64,000 bases of DNA, taken from the NCBI RefSeq assembly GCF_009914755.1, contig NC_060927.1; one strand, written 5' to 3'. The translations under genes and the position numbers were made by a program. Positions 26,101 to 41,330 of the stretch are shown here, piece after piece. The notes beneath the pieces are model-generated. The model was not told the origin of the DNA. It was given only the letters and a program-made list of their open reading frames with translations, and searched no databases. This DNA comes from the human T2T-CHM13v2.0 reference genome, Homo sapiens. Within the stretch, counting starts at the first letter, position 1; every line of letters begins with the position of its first letter.

Positions 26101-29100
26101 ATATCACCCCCATGATAAGCCCAGAAAAAATACCTATGCAAGATACACAAAGGAAATTGAGAAAGGAATAGAATCATGTAACAAAAAAAAAAAAAATAAA
26201 TAAATGCAACACAAAGAAAGGCCAGAAGACAGGAAAAGAAAGAAAAATACCTGTAAAAAATGCAACTAAAAATGCTCTGTCAATAGTAAATCCTTCCTGA
26301 TTAGCAATTACTTTAAGTGTAAATGAATTATATTCTCCAATCAAAAGACATAGGTAGGGTGAATGGATTAAAAACCAACAACAATAAGATCCATCTATAT
26401 TGTGTCTTTAAGAAGCCCACTTTAGATTTAAGGACAAACATAGGCTGAAAGTGAAAAAATGGATAAAAGTATTGCATGCAAATGTTAATCAAAAGAGAAC
26501 AGGGGTGGCTATACTTACATGAGACAAAATAGAGTTTAAGTAAAAAACTATCACAAGAGACAAAGAAGGACCTTATATAATGATAAGAGGTCAATTTATC
26601 AGGAAGATGTAACAATTATAAATAAATATGCACCTAACATTAGAGCTCCTAAATACATGAAGTGAACATTAACAGAATAGATGGTAACACAATAGTAGGA
26701 GGCTTCAATACCTCACTCTCTAGAACTGATAGATATACGCAGATCACTCTACTCAACAAAGCAAAATACAGATTCTTTTCATGTGCACACGAAATATTCT
26801 ATAAGATAGAACACACATTAGGCCACAAAAAAGTCTTCACAAATTTAAGAAGATTGAAATAACACCAAGTATATTTTCTAACAACAATGAATCTAAAAAT
26901 CAATAGCAGAAGGGAAATTGAAAATTTACAAATATATAAAAATTAACAAAGCATATTCCTAAGGAATCTATCAGTAAAGAAGAAAATACAAGGAATATTT
27001 GAAAATATCTTGAGACAAATGAAAATGAAGTCACAACATACAAAACAAAACTTATGGGATGCAATGAAAGCCATACCAAAAGTTAAGTTTATAGTGGCAA
27101 ATGCTTATATTAAGAAAAGAGAAAGATTTAAAATCAACTGCCTAACTTTACATCTCAATGAACTGGAAAAAGAACTAACTAAACCAAAAGTTAGCAGAAG
27201 GAAGAGAATATCAAAAATTAGATTGGAAGTGAACAAAATAAAATATAGAAAAACAACAGACAAAAATCAACAAGAGTGTTTTCTTTTTTTCTGAAATATA
27301 AACAAAATTGACAAATTTTTAGCTACAATAAGAAAGAAAGAGCACTTAAATACCTGAAATAGGAAGTGAAAAACGAGACATTAAAACTGATGACATAAAT
27401 ATTAAAAGGATCCTAAGAGAGTGCTATGAACAATGATATGTGAACAAATTTGATAGCTTTGAAAAAATGAATAAATTCCTAGAAATGTATAACTTACCAA
27501 GACTGACTCATGAAGAAATAAAAATATAAACAGACCTAGCAAGGTAATTGAACCGTTATCAAAAACCTCTGAACAACAAAAAGCCCAGAATCAGACAGCT
27601 TCACTAGATAATTCTATCAAATATTTAAAGAAGGATTGACACTAATTCTCCTCAAACTCTTCCAAAAATTTGAAAAGGAGGGAACACTTCCAATTTCATT
27701 TTATGAGACCAGTACTACCCTGATCCTGGTACCAAAGCCTGACAAAAATACTACAAGAAAATAAAACTACAGACCAATATCTCTGATGAATAATGATGCA
27801 AAAACCCTACCAAAATTCAATAGCACATTAAAAGAATTATGTACAACGACCAAATAGGAATTACTCTTAGAATGCAAGGGTGGTTCAACATATAAAAAAT
27901 CAATCAACATAAGAGACAACATTAACAGAATGCAGGACCAAAAACCATATGATCATCTCAACTGATGCAGAAAAAGCATTTGACAAAATTCAACATCATT
28001 GTATGATAAAAAACACGCAGCAAACTAGGAATATAAGAAAACCACCTCAACATTGCAAAAGCCATGTATGAAACCCTGTAGCTAGCATCATATTCAATGA
28101 CAAAAAACTGAAAGCTTTTTCTCTAACATAAGGATCTAGGTAAGGATGCCCACTCTTACCACTTCTAATCAATGTAGTATTCAAAGTTCTAGCCAAAGCA
28201 ATTTGGTGATAAAAAGAAATAAAGAATATCTAAACTGAAAATTATTAAAATGATCTCTGCCTGTAGAAGACATGACTTTATATGCAGAAAATCCTAAAGA
28301 TTCTGGGAAAAATCATATTAGAATTAATAAATTCAGCAAAGGACACAAAATTAACATACAAAAATCAGTTGCATTTTAATACACTAACAATGAACAATCT
28401 GAAAAGAAAATTAAAATAACAATCCTATTTACAATAATATCCAAAAATACTTAGAAACAAACTTAAGAAGTTGAAAAACTTGTACACTGAAAACTACAAA
28501 ACATTGCTGAACAAAATTAAAGGAGACACAAATAAATGGAAAGGCATTCTGTGCTTAAAGATTAGAAGACTCACTACAACTAAAATGTCCATAGTACCCA
28601 AAGTGAATACTGCAGATTCAATGTATTTCCTATAAAAATCCCAATGGCATTTTTTGCAGAAATAGAAAAAATTATGCTACAATTCAAATGGAATTTCAAA
28701 GAATACCAAATAGCCAAAATAATCTTGAAAAAGAAAAAGAAAGTTGTAAGCGTCATACTTCCCGATTTTAAAATCTATTATAAAGCTACAGTAATTAAAG
28801 TAGTGTAATAGTGGCATAAAGATATACATATAGATCAATGGAGCAGAACAGAAAGGTTAGAAGTAAACCCTCATACATATAGTTAGATAACCTTGGGCAA
28901 ATATTTCAAGATTACACGTTAGGGAATGAACAGCCTCTTCAACAAATGGTGTTGAGAAAACTGGATATTCACATGGAAAAGAATGAAGTAGGACCATTGC
29001 GTGCCATCATATATGAAAACTAACTCAAAATGGATTAAAGACCTAAACATAAGTTCTAAAACTGTAAAACACCTAGAAGAAAACACAGGGGAAAAGCTTC

Positions 29101-30135
29101 ATGGCATTGGATTTAGCAATGGTTTTTTGGATGTGACACCAGATGAACAAGCAACAAAAGCAACAACAGGCAAGTGGTACTACATCGAACTTAAAATCAT
29201 CTGCACATCAAAGGAAACAACAACAGAGTGAAAAGGCAACCTACAGGGTAGAAGAAAATATTTGAAAATCATATATCTGATAACAGGTTGAGATCCAGAA
29301 TATAACAACAACAAAAACAATTAACAAATGGATGAAGGATTAAACACACACATCTCCAAAGAAGTTATACAAATGGGCAAGGAACATATGAAAAGATGCT
29401 CAATATCACTTAATCATTAGAGAAATGCAAATCAAAACTACAGTGGGATATTACGCCACACTTATTAGTATGACTACTATCAAAAAAACAGAAAATAACA
29501 AGTGGGGATGAGATTATGGGGAAACAAGAACCCCTGTGTACTGTTGGTAGGAATGTAAAATGGTGCGGCTTCTGTGAAAATCAGTATAGAGTTTCTTTAA
29601 AAAAATTAGAAATACAATTACCATATAATTCAGTAATCCCTCTTCTGGGTATATATCCAAAATAGTTGAAAGTAGGATATCTTGAGCTATTTACACACCC
29701 ATGTTTGCTGTAGAATTATTCACAATAGCCAAGAAATAGAAGCAAACCAAGTGTACACTGATGGCTATATGGACAAAGAAAATGAGGTATATACATACAA
29801 AGGAGTATTGTTCAGCCTTATGAAAGAAGGAAATCCTGTCACTTGCTACCATATGGGTGAATCTTGAAGGCATTTTGCTAAGTAAAATAAGTCAGTCACA
29901 AAAAGGACACTGTATAATTCTGCTTATATTAGGTATCTAAAGTAATCAAACTCACAGAAACAAAGTAGGATTATTGTTGCCATGGGCTGTTGGGATGGGG
30001 AAATGGGGAATTATTCAATACGTATAATGTTAGTTTTGCATGATAAAAATTTTCTAGAGATCTGTTTTGTGACAATGTGAATATAGTCAACATTACTGGA
30101 TCATACACTTAAAAATGGTTACAATGTTAAAAAAA
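23188..30135 (+). mobile_element. Near full-length old LINE-1 (L1MB-like): 5' region, ORF1, ORF2 and 3'UTR, heavily mutated
   Basis: ORF1-like aagaaccaagctgaaattctgga. EN region caattactttaagtgtaaatgaa and GGFNTSLS. RT region gatgcagaaaaagcatttgacaaaattcaac. The 3'UTR ends ttctagagatctg..cacttaaaaatggtt. Degenerate TSD aaaagtcatttgg/aaaaatcagctgg. Confidence 0.88.
24611..25482 (-). mobile_element. L1MA-type 3' fragment nested in ORF1 of the L1MB
   Basis: L1MA 3'UTR gtggtgagaacacttaaaatctactctcttagcaattt. TSD ag(a/g)agaatctt-like at 24599-24610 and 25483-25494. Confidence 0.85.
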
Positions 30136-31819
30136 ATCAGCTGGACATATTTGTGTGACCTTATTTACGGTTTCTCTACTCTGTTCCATAGCTTAATGTG
30201 TGTCTGTCTCTACCAATCTCACATTGTCTTAAGTTCTCTAGCTATAGAGTAAGCCTTCCTCTTATAGGGTAGAGAGACTCTTTTCACTTATTTTTTATTA
30301 TTATTGGTTTAGCTATTTGGGGCCAGTGCCTTTTCATATAAATTTTAGAGTAAGCTTATATATGTTGACAAAAATTCTTGCTGAGATTTTAATAGTAATT
30401 TTATTAAACTTATAGATCAATTAAGAAAGAATGACATCTTTATTATGTTGAGCCTTTGAATCCATAGGCATGGCATGTCTCTCCATTTACTTAGTTTTTT
30501 TATTTCTCTTATTATGTTGTAATTTTTGCATAAAAGTTCTGTACATGTTTTATCTATTCTGTTTTCCTTGGAACAATTTGAATAATAGTGTAGTTTTAAT
30601 TTCAGTTTCCACAAATTCATCGTGTGCATATAGAAATACAATTCATTGTTTATGTATTGGCCTTGTATCCTCTGATCTTACTGAACTCACTTATTAGTTC
30701 TAGGGTTTGATGGTTTGTTAATTAATTAATTAATTTTTATTTATTTATATACAGATAAGAATGAAATACATAAGTGGGGATAGTTTTAATTCTTACTTTC
30801 CAACCTGTGTGCATTTTTATTGTCTTATTGCAGTGGCTACAATTTCCAGTAATGTTTAATACTATTTGTGAGATTAGGTATCCTTGCCTTGTTCTGATTT
30901 GGGGAAGGAATGTAGTTTTTCATTATTATGTAAAATTACAGCTTTAGAAATTTTTATATGGTTCTGTGCAAAATGAGGACACTTAGAAGTCGATATAGAA
31001 ATGAAAATTTTATTTTGACAGCTTTCTTCTATTGGCAATTTTTAAACCCATTTACCCAAGCTCCCCTTTTCCCAACTCAAATCATATCATCCCAAGTTTC
31101 CCTGTCTGTTAGCTTAATTGCCTCCCATTATCTCCCCAATAGCCCCTTGGCACTGCTGCAAATCAGGCTGGTAGACAAATCCCTGTGATTGGGGGAGAAA
31201 ATGAGTGGTTTTAACAATGGCTGATAGAGGTCACATGTCCACCATCAATATCTTCCTAGTAGCACCTCAGCAATGAGAGTCCATCCAGGTTTTGGGCTTG
31301 CCATGCTTTCTCTCAGAAAAAACAATCTCCCTTTCTCTAGTGCTAAGGCAGTTTCCATTTTGTCATGATGAACTGGATGCAATTCTGTATGAAGAGAGAA
31401 GGCTGGCTAAACAATTTCTGAGCATATAAATCCATGATATTATTATTAATCAGATAGAAACATACTACAGCTTAAAATATGTTTTCCTATAATGATACTT
31501 AGTATGTCTTAGCAGCTTAGTAGTTGCAACAACCTCCTAATTACCAAGCAGTAATTATTAATTTCCCCTTCATAAATAGAGGAACTATACTTCTTGCCTC
31601 TTTTCTTTTTCCTTTTTTTCTACTTCAACTAACACTGATCAAGCACTAGATACTGGAGTGGTAGAGAGAAACCCCTGGGCAATAAAATGGGGTAAAACAC
31701 TTATTTCGATCATCTTTAAAGATTCACATTTTATGATGGAGAATAATTCACAAAATAAAAGGATAAAAAGCAAACCTCAAGGTCATAAATGTAAGGGCTC
31801 TGTCTCATAGTACTAGGTA

Positions 31820-32040
31820 GACCCACACACTGTCAAATGCTACTTGATGCTTTGCCATGTTATCTCTCCCAATCTTCCCCCCAACAACCCTAAAAGATAG
31901 GTATTATTTCACCTATTTTATAGCTAAGGAAGTTGAAGTAGTGTGGCCATCATTATAAGGCTAATAATAGGAAGGGTTCAGTTTTGAAACTAACTCTATC
32001 TCATTCCAAAGCCTGGGTTCTTTCTACTACACTGTGCCAG
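31820..32040 (-). mobile_element. MIR SINE
   Basis: aacaaccctaaaagataggtattatttcacctattttatagctaaggaag...ccaaagcctgggttctttctactacact. Confidence 0.7.
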
Positions 32041-32546
32041 CTTCATACTAAGTTCAGAGAATGGAAAAATGCCCATTTACTGGACAATAATAGAAGAGTT
32101 CATAGAAGAGTTAACTTAGGACTCAGGCCCTGAAGGATGATCAGAGTTCTGGGTAAGTGGAAGGAGCTAGTCATAAGAGTGCAATTCAGGAACAAGACCC
32201 CACCCCCCGCAAAAAATAAAAAAGGACAGAATTTTGGTCATAGCATGCAAATATATCTTCAAGTTGAATCATGTGGCTGTTTTTGCTATTGTAACATTTC
32301 TGTGGGACTCAGTGGGACATCAAAAGGAAAGGGGACTTGGAAGCAGAATATAGAGTTATGAATGACAGGCTTAAACATCTGTATTTTATGGTCAACCTTA
32401 AGTGAAAATTTCAGTAGTTTGTTACATTAATAACCTGAATGAATCATGACTTCTGGTATACCATATACTTGTGTGGTTTCTTTCCCACATTGACTCTGGG
32501 TTTGGCCATGTGACATGTTGTGTGACTTTGGCCAATGGAACATCAG

Positions 32547-32964
32547 TGATATAGTTTGGATGGTGTCCCTGCCCAAATCTCACGCTGAGATGTAATTCCC
32601 AATGTTGGAAGTGTGGTCTGGTAGAACATGATTTGATCATGGAGGCAGATTTCTCATGAGTGTTTTAGTACCATCCGCTTGGTATTGCCCTCATGATAGT
32701 GAGTGAGTTCTCATGAGATCTGGTTGTTTAAAAGTGTGTGGCACTTCCCCTGTCTCGCTTGCTCCTGCTGCCACCATGTGAAACTCCTGCATCCCCCTTC
32801 GCCTTATGCCATGATTGTAAGCTTTCTGAGGCCACACCAGGAGCAGATGCCACCATTATACTTCCTGTACTGCTTGTAGAACCTTGAGCCGATTAAACCT
32901 CTTTTCTTATAAATTACCCAGTCTCAGATATTTCTTTATAGCAATGCAAGAATGGCCCAATAAA
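32547..32964 (+). mobile_element. MSTA-like MaLR solo LTR
   Basis: tgatatagtttggat..cccaaatctca..taaacctcttttcttataaattacccagtctcag. 5-bp TSD atcag at 32542-32546 and 32965-32969. Confidence 0.9.
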
Positions 32965-33059
32965 ATCAGCAAATATGATGTAAGCAGAGACTTAATAAGC
33001 ACTTATGTATTGAAGTGTGTCCTCTTCAAAGGCAGCTGCCTCAATGTAAGAAATGTGGG

Positions 33060-33429
<370 letters not shown>

Positions 33430-35150
33430 CTAGTTATGTAAGCCATCTTGGACCATCCACCTAGTCATGCTGCCATGAGTGATCTTAGGTAAGATGGGCT
33501 GAAGAACTGATCAGTCCAGCCAAAACTGGAGAATTATGAGCCAACAAATTTTTGTTTTAAGTCACTAAATTTCAGAATAGTTTGTTAAGCACCAACAAAT
33601 AACTGACTCACAGGTATGAAAACTCATTGAGAACAGGGCTTATGTCCCATATGTTTAGATTAATAACCTCCTGGCTATTTCAGTTACTCTGCAGAAATGA
33701 AGGCAGAGCTACAGTTACCTGGCAAAGATGGGACCACTTAACACAAAGTCAGGCATTGTCTATGAGGGAGGGATATAGAGGGGCCTCCTAACAAGCCCTT
33801 GAATTATAATGATGGGTCGCTGAGAGACAAACTTACATTGAACCCAACAATAAATTGTTGGCCAATTCAAAATCTCTCCCAGCTCTATGATCATTCAAAT
33901 GTTGTTGAGATTTCATCTTGCATATTATATATTAATTTAAAAATACATTTTCATTGAGAGAATGTAATATTAAAATGAACAACTTTATGATCCATTTCAT
34001 TTTGCTTCTTGCAGTCTGGTTAACAATCCATTTTAATAAGCAAGAGGCTGCAGAACTACTGTCCGCTTATGTAAATGAGAAGGTACACTCATCTTTATTC
34101 TTCACTGTAATTACCTTTTATTTATTTTTGAAAGCTTCCTGAATTTCAGCTCATTGTTCAATTGGGAATCATATCTTGTCTATTCGGAACAGTTATTTTA
34201 ATTTCCAGATTCTGAACAGACATTATTTCTGTGATTCATTTCACTCTGCCTTTTTTGCTTTGGTTTTACTGAATGTAATTTATGTCTTTTTCCCCTCCAT
34301 GCCTACTAAAAATTACTTTAACTGTGAGGTCCTTGTCTTTCCTCTCTCCTTTTTTACTTCCCACTTTAATTCTCAATAGAAAACCTCCCTTTAGCATAAA
34401 GAAAATGCAAATTTTGTGGGGTAAATTTTTGCTCTCTACTGTTTTTATTTCATGCATGATTACCTTGAGGCTTTAGTTTACAAGCCCTCCAAAAAGAAAT
34501 ATTACACACCAAATGAAATTACCAATAGCTCCAGGAATATGAAGTGATGAGAGAGCATTTTATTCCATACAATCTTCAAAATAACTGGTATCCAGAACAA
34601 TACAACATGTGTCAAGATGACTCATGAAAGTCTCTAATAGAATGGAGAAGAAGCTTGAAAATGAATGCAGCAGCATGGTGTAAAATTGTGCACTATGAGG
34701 TATTAACACCCTTCTGGAAAATACTATGAATCATGTTTCAAACTAGTCATTCTCAAATGTTATCCATATCTTCCTCTTAGAGCTATCATGACGTCCTCTG
34801 TCCCTCATTTGCCCTCACTGTCCCTCGACCAGATGCAATCTATCTTCCTAGAATTACAGCACATTCAAAGATATAAGGTGTGTGAAGAAGAGTTCCCAGA
34901 TACATTTCAAAAAGAAATCTGTGATCTTCTCTGAAGTGGAGCCTTCTCAGGTCAGTGTGAGCCCCTGGTTTTCAGGAGTATGAAACTGGGAGAAGTTAGC
35001 ACGTTGGACCAGTGTTGTACCATGAAACAGAGCCAAATTCCAGATGATTATCTATGGCAGTAGGTGCACTTAATTCTTTATATGCATATACCTACACTAT
35101 GAGCCATAAAAGCTGACTGGAGTCATGGTTAATTTTTTTTAATCAGATAG

Positions 35151-35606
<456 letters not shown>

Positions 35607-36142
35607 AACAGTGTTCTTAAGTTACTTCAAACATAATTCTTGAGCTTAGATTCTCTATCTGTGAACTTAGGAAATATGTACTTCATTCCTCTTCAGGCAG
35701 GGCTGTCCAATTTTTAAGAAACAGAGACCCAATCAAATCAGAAGATCAAATAAAGGTGGGAGGATATTGTAAGATACAGAGCACATGGGATATACAAGGA
35801 TTGGAATGACAGTAACTAGATCTTATTGAAATGGTAAGTCACCAGAAATCAAAGCTGCTTTCTCCATTCTTTGGGGCCTGATGATCTACCAGCTCAGATC
35901 TCCTGTGCATGTACTCTCTATTCTCCTTTCTTTAAATATTCATTTATTTTACTCATCAGCTTCCAAGTGCCCCCCACTAAATTGCTAAGATATTCCCTAA
36001 TCTAACCACTTAGAAACTGTGGGTGTTGGGGGCAGCCCATAAAATATATGAACTAACTTTCCACCTCAGGGGGAAGTGAAGATGGGTTAAGTCGATAGAG
36101 GAAAACACTGTAATCATACTATTGACATCATAAAAAGCAATA

Positions 36143-36442
36143 CAATCATCCCTTGGTGTCCACGTGGATTGGTTCCAGGACCCTCAGTGGATTCCGTTGT
36201 CTGCAGATCCTCAAGTCTTTTATATAAAATGGAATAGTATTTGCATCTAACCTATGCACTTCCTTCTCTATATTTTAAGTCATTTCTAGATTACTTTTAA
36301 TAACAAATACAATGTAAATGCTATATAAATAGTTGTTATATTGCATATTAAAATTTGTATTATTTAAAATTTTTAAGATAGTCTCAATTTGTGTTTGGTT
36401 GAATCCGGACATGTAGAACCCATGAATACGAAGGGCCCACTC
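36143..36442 (+). mobile_element. MER2 (TcMar-Tigger) non-autonomous DNA transposon
   Basis: caatcatcccttggtgtccacgtggattggttccaggaccc...gaacccatgaatacgaagggcccactc, flanked by TA on both sides. Confidence 0.85.
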
Positions 36443-37682
36443 TAGTGTTAACAGTTTTCTGTGTTGAAATGACACAGTGGTGCTATACATCACTGGAAGC
36501 AAAAGCAAACTTTTGGCCCATGGCATAATTAAAATTTCAGTGTAGTAGCAGTTTGAAATTGATGTTTTCTATTTATTATCATATTCTGTATGTGACAGAG
36601 GGCAAAAAGAGGGATTTTTAGCTAGAAGTTAGGCAGAAGTAATTGTTAGAAAACATTAAATAGAATATTCTTCCATTTAGAGTGCTTTAAAAGTTTGAGA
36701 GGCTATCTCATTTAGTAGTAAGTTGTCAGTCACTGGAGATGTTTAATCATTTCAGTATTAAAAGAGTATCTCCCAATTTTAATATTCCAATTCTCTGACT
36801 ATACATTGGAGCTAACTGGTGTACCAAAACAAATGAACTATTGACAAATACTTAATGCATAACACATACACAGCTAAAGCTAAAATTGTGCATTTTTTTC
36901 TTGATAGGGTCCAGTGTAGCAAGTAAGCTACATCACTCTCTTGAACAGGACAGCTTATTCTGATTGTGATACCAGATGGGCAGGTAATGTCAAGGTTAGC
37001 ATCCTGTAATAAACATTAGAGAATCTCACCTACGTTTTGCTTAATAAAAACCTATTTCATGTCCACATCAAAACTCAGGACCATCATCAATCCAAACATA
37101 GAAAATCAGCATCTTAGACAGGTTTGAAAGAGCTCAGTCTTAAAGTGGTCCCTATAAAGTATCTATCCAAAGTATAGCTGACAAATGATGATTAAAAAAA
37201 AAAAAAAAGACAGGCTAAGAGGTATTTATTCATTTATCCAGGTTCTTTAAACCTTATTCTTGTATAAAATAACATGATCAGTATGGTATGGACAAGGACT
37301 GCTATCTTAACTTCCCAGAAACCTGCCTTCGTGTCAAACTTTAACTTCATGCTGTGGATTTTTCTTAAATTTTCATATAAAAAAGCACTATTTGAAAAAA
37401 ATTTCAGTGGCATCTACAAAAGCTGTTATTTTTCATTGTGCCTACTCTACTGCTCACTGTTTCCTAATAATGGAAAATGGAAAACTATTGTTCAGGAATT
37501 TGGTACCAAGAAAATGTCTCCCCAGGCAAAATTGGGTGTCTTTTTAACATCATTATATAATGCTGTGTTTAACTTTTGCCTTGGTCACTTGGAAGTTGTG
37601 AGCTAAAATAAGTATTTAATTGTAGTAATGGTCTCCTTCTGGATGTGGTTATCTGGATGTGGATTCTTTCTTCTCTAATTTT

Positions 37683-37916
37683 TTTTTTTTTTTTTTTTTT
37701 TTTTTTGAGACGGAGTCTCACTCTGTCTCCCAGGCTGGAGTGCAGTGGTGCAATCTTGGCTCACTGCAAGCTCCACCTCCCGCCTCCGCCTCCCGCCTCC
37801 CGCCTCCTGCCTCCCACCTCCCGTGTTCACGCCATTCTCCTGCCTCAGCCTCCCAAGTAGCTGGGACTACAGGCTCCCGCCACCACGCCTGTCTATTTTT
37901 TGTATTTTTAGTAGAG
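37683..37916 (-). mobile_element. 5'-truncated Alu (right monomer, AluY-like) with an internal CCGCCTC repeat expansion
   Basis: T-tail and right arm up to gtatttttagtagag. TSD tcttctctaatttt at 37669-37682 and 37919-37932. Confidence 0.92.
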
Positions 37917-38593
37917 GATCTTCTCTAATTTTATTTAGAAAGACTTTCGATATATGAATTTAAATCATACAATATTTATTTTAGAAGCAGATACAATATA
38001 AATTAAAAAATTAGAGGAATGAGGAAGACAGCTTCCGAACCAAATAGGCTATCAAATCAGTTAATATTATAAAACATTTCAGAGAGACCTTGATATTTGA
38101 AACATGGGTGTTTCTGTGAGTCTGACCTAACCCCACCTTCCCTAACAGACTAGCATATTTATTAATCATTGATAAAAAATATCTATTGACAAGAGTGAAA
38201 ACTAACTTTAAAATGTAATCTGTGGTGCATTGCGAAGAAGGCTAAAGTTGCCAACCAGAGTAAATACCTACTTTATTATAATTTGAGATTTGTATTCCAC
38301 ATACTCTATTATGTATTTATGATTAGAATTATCACAGGTTTAGTCTTGCCAGGTTTTATACTTTAAGCATTGACCCCTTTATCTGGAGGATGAGGGGTGG
38401 GGAAGTTGGACAGAGTCACCATATCCTCTTATATTGACCCTGGAGGATAACCATTCTCAGATGGATAAAAGAAAACAAAAACCAGCCTCCAAAAAACTAT
38501 ACAATGTTCGATAATAATAGTGACTTTATAAAGAATATGTACGTTTTCCTTCATACTTATTAGAAAATGATTACTATTGATGCCTTGATCACT

Positions 38594-38899
<306 letters not shown>

Positions 38900-41204
38900 T
38901 GATGCCTTGAGCACTATTGTACCCTTGTTGCCTGACATACATCTTAGGACATGATATACTCACAATTAATATTGTGATAAGTGTGTTGACTGAAGTACTG
39001 ATGAAAAGGCAGATTTTGGTTTGCAACAGAAGCAAAATAAGATGAAGCAGTGATTTTGAATGGATAGGGAGAAATAAAAGTAATGGTGAAGAGGTTTGCT
39101 TAGATGAGCAAGACAAAGTTCCAGCTAGGAGTAGGCTCTTGCAGGAAGCTATTAATTATCTAATTTTAATATACCATAGGAATGCAACATAAAATGTTAC
39201 AACTGCTTTCTTCCCCATATATCAGGCATAACTGCACAATCAGGTTTTAATTACGGTAGGCACAACTTAGAAAACACGAGCATGTTTTCCACAGCTTTAA
39301 GGAAATTTCAGCCACTAAAATATGCACTAATTAACTTCATTTGTGAGACTAGGTGATTTGTCATAACTTCTGTTATTTCCTCTATCAATTTAAAAACACG
39401 GGTACCAAGTCTTTTTGAATAAACAGGAAATATTCTGCTGGTAATAATCCACAATCTCATCATTCTTTGTTTGGGTTTATTACCCACGGCCAGGAGACAG
39501 ACTCACAACTACATTTCCTATCTGTTTTTTCTAGATGAACGTTTATTAATATTACGTATTGTCCAGATCAAAATGCTGTATTCAGAGCAGCTTGGTGGGT
39601 CTAGTTCGACCACCGGTATAATGTGAAGAAACCTGGATTCCTGGTTCAGACCACCTCCTTACTAGACATAAAATTTTTAGCAAGCCACTAATTATCTCTG
39701 TGACTTTCTTCACCTAGAGAGAGCAAAATGGATAGAAGACCAAATGGGCTGACGTAAGTGAATGTGCTTTGGGAATGAAAAAGAGGGTATTAAAGGTGTG
39801 CGAAGCATGTAGGAGATTCAAAGGAGAATGCAGAGGGGACATCTTATCCACTAAAGTTTTGAAAGGTTGTGAGGGTGCAGTGTTGCTCTCTTCTTGGGTA
39901 AAAAGGCAGAATGTGATGGAGTTTGGTGTGCCACTGTCAGAGTTGTTCACCTGCCAGTGAGAAAGGCAATTGCATTATTATTTCTTCCCCATTCCTGTGT
40001 CTGTGAGAAAATTCTCCATTACTACCAACTATCCAGTATTGATCACCTGATTTTTACTGTCATCCATTGCAGACTTACTATAATCCTGGGACAAAAACAC
40101 ATTAAGAGGAAGATGGATCAATAGTTCTCAAAGGAAAAAGATGGCAGCAACCTATAAGAAGATCTGAGCTTCTAGGAATGATGGGCTATTTTTTCTATTT
40201 TTCAGAGACTTTTATAGCTTATAAATACTTATCAGAAGAAATTAGTTCCACAGAATGACAGTGAAGTTGTGATCACATCCCACCAAATTGTAATTTTATA
40301 TCCCCTTCCTTCACCAAGGTTAAATTGCACCTTCCCACGCTACAATGTTTTCCATGCACTTTGCAACTTAAATAATAAATGATGCATGATTTAAGATGAC
40401 AATTATTCTTTGAATACAAATCTCAAGAATAATGGTGATCATTATTCTCAAGAACAAGCATAGCAGAGCATACCAAGAGAGCAGTGTTCTTTTCTTGCTA
40501 TTTTTCTTCTTGCTGATTTTTTTGTATTTTGTATATTTTTTTCTGAATCACAACTTCATTCTTTAATTTGTAACCTTCAAGAACCACCTAAAGTCATTAA
40601 ACCTTTAAAGAGCCATGATAATCCAGGAGAGGTTGTTCTATGTGGACACAAGAGAAAAATAAATGAAGGGATTCAGCTTTAAGATTAATTTCTGGGGATT
40701 AAAAAAAGTCCCAAACTATTGAATAAAAGTTAATTTCAAGATTATGCCTTATTTTAATACTTTCAAATTTAAATTATGTATTCTTGCTGCACAGGGCATA
40801 CATTTTGTCTAAACTCAGTGTATTCAACAGAATTTGTTAAACACTTCCATATGCCCAGCTCTGCTCCATGCAGGAACCTTTTTCTTTCATTCACGGATAT
40901 CTGAAGAGCCTATTTCAGGCAGGCGACTGGACTCCCCTGCAAACTTTTTCCTCTAATCCCCTGGATATCCACCAGGGTCCACACCAGAACCAGTATTCCA
41001 TGGTTTCTCAAGGAGATTTCCTTGTACTGAGTGAGAGACTCCTTCCAATTTGGGGGTTGCCGAGCAGAAGTTTTGGTGGAAAACATAGGGAAGTGAAACT
41101 TTGGTTAGAAGAAAACCTGCTTTTCCTTCTTACCACCTCCCCTTACTGCTTTTCCTCAAACAAACAAATACAGGTGTGCTAGTCTTTAAGGTGATTTCAC
41201 CTTC

Positions 41205-41330
41205 TTGCTCAATCTTCCTCCCAGTTTTCATTCTGTTTTTCTCCCTATCTCTTCCTCTCCCCTACTCTCTGTCTCCTGCCTTCACTCCCTCCCTCTCTCT
41301 CCCTCTCACAGTCTGCTTCCTCTCTCCTTT
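41205..41330. repeat. CT-rich polypyrimidine low-complexity tract
   Basis: ctccctatctcttcctctcccctactctctgtctcc...ccctctctctccctctc. Confidence 0.7.

Larger units (their letters stand above)
21890..30960 (-). mobile_element. L1MC-type LINE (3' part 21890-23187, resuming 30130-30960), interrupted by a + strand L1
   Basis: The L1MC-like 3' end is ttaaactttttattttgaaataat..gtaagaaataatacaga. The sequence cctttgtcaaaa|...|aaaatcagctggacatatttgtgtg joins across the insertion. Confidence 0.8.

Noticed and set aside
36590-36800. Possible L3/CR1 3' end
   Set aside because: The resemblance is too weak to support by eye and needs a profile-HMM search.
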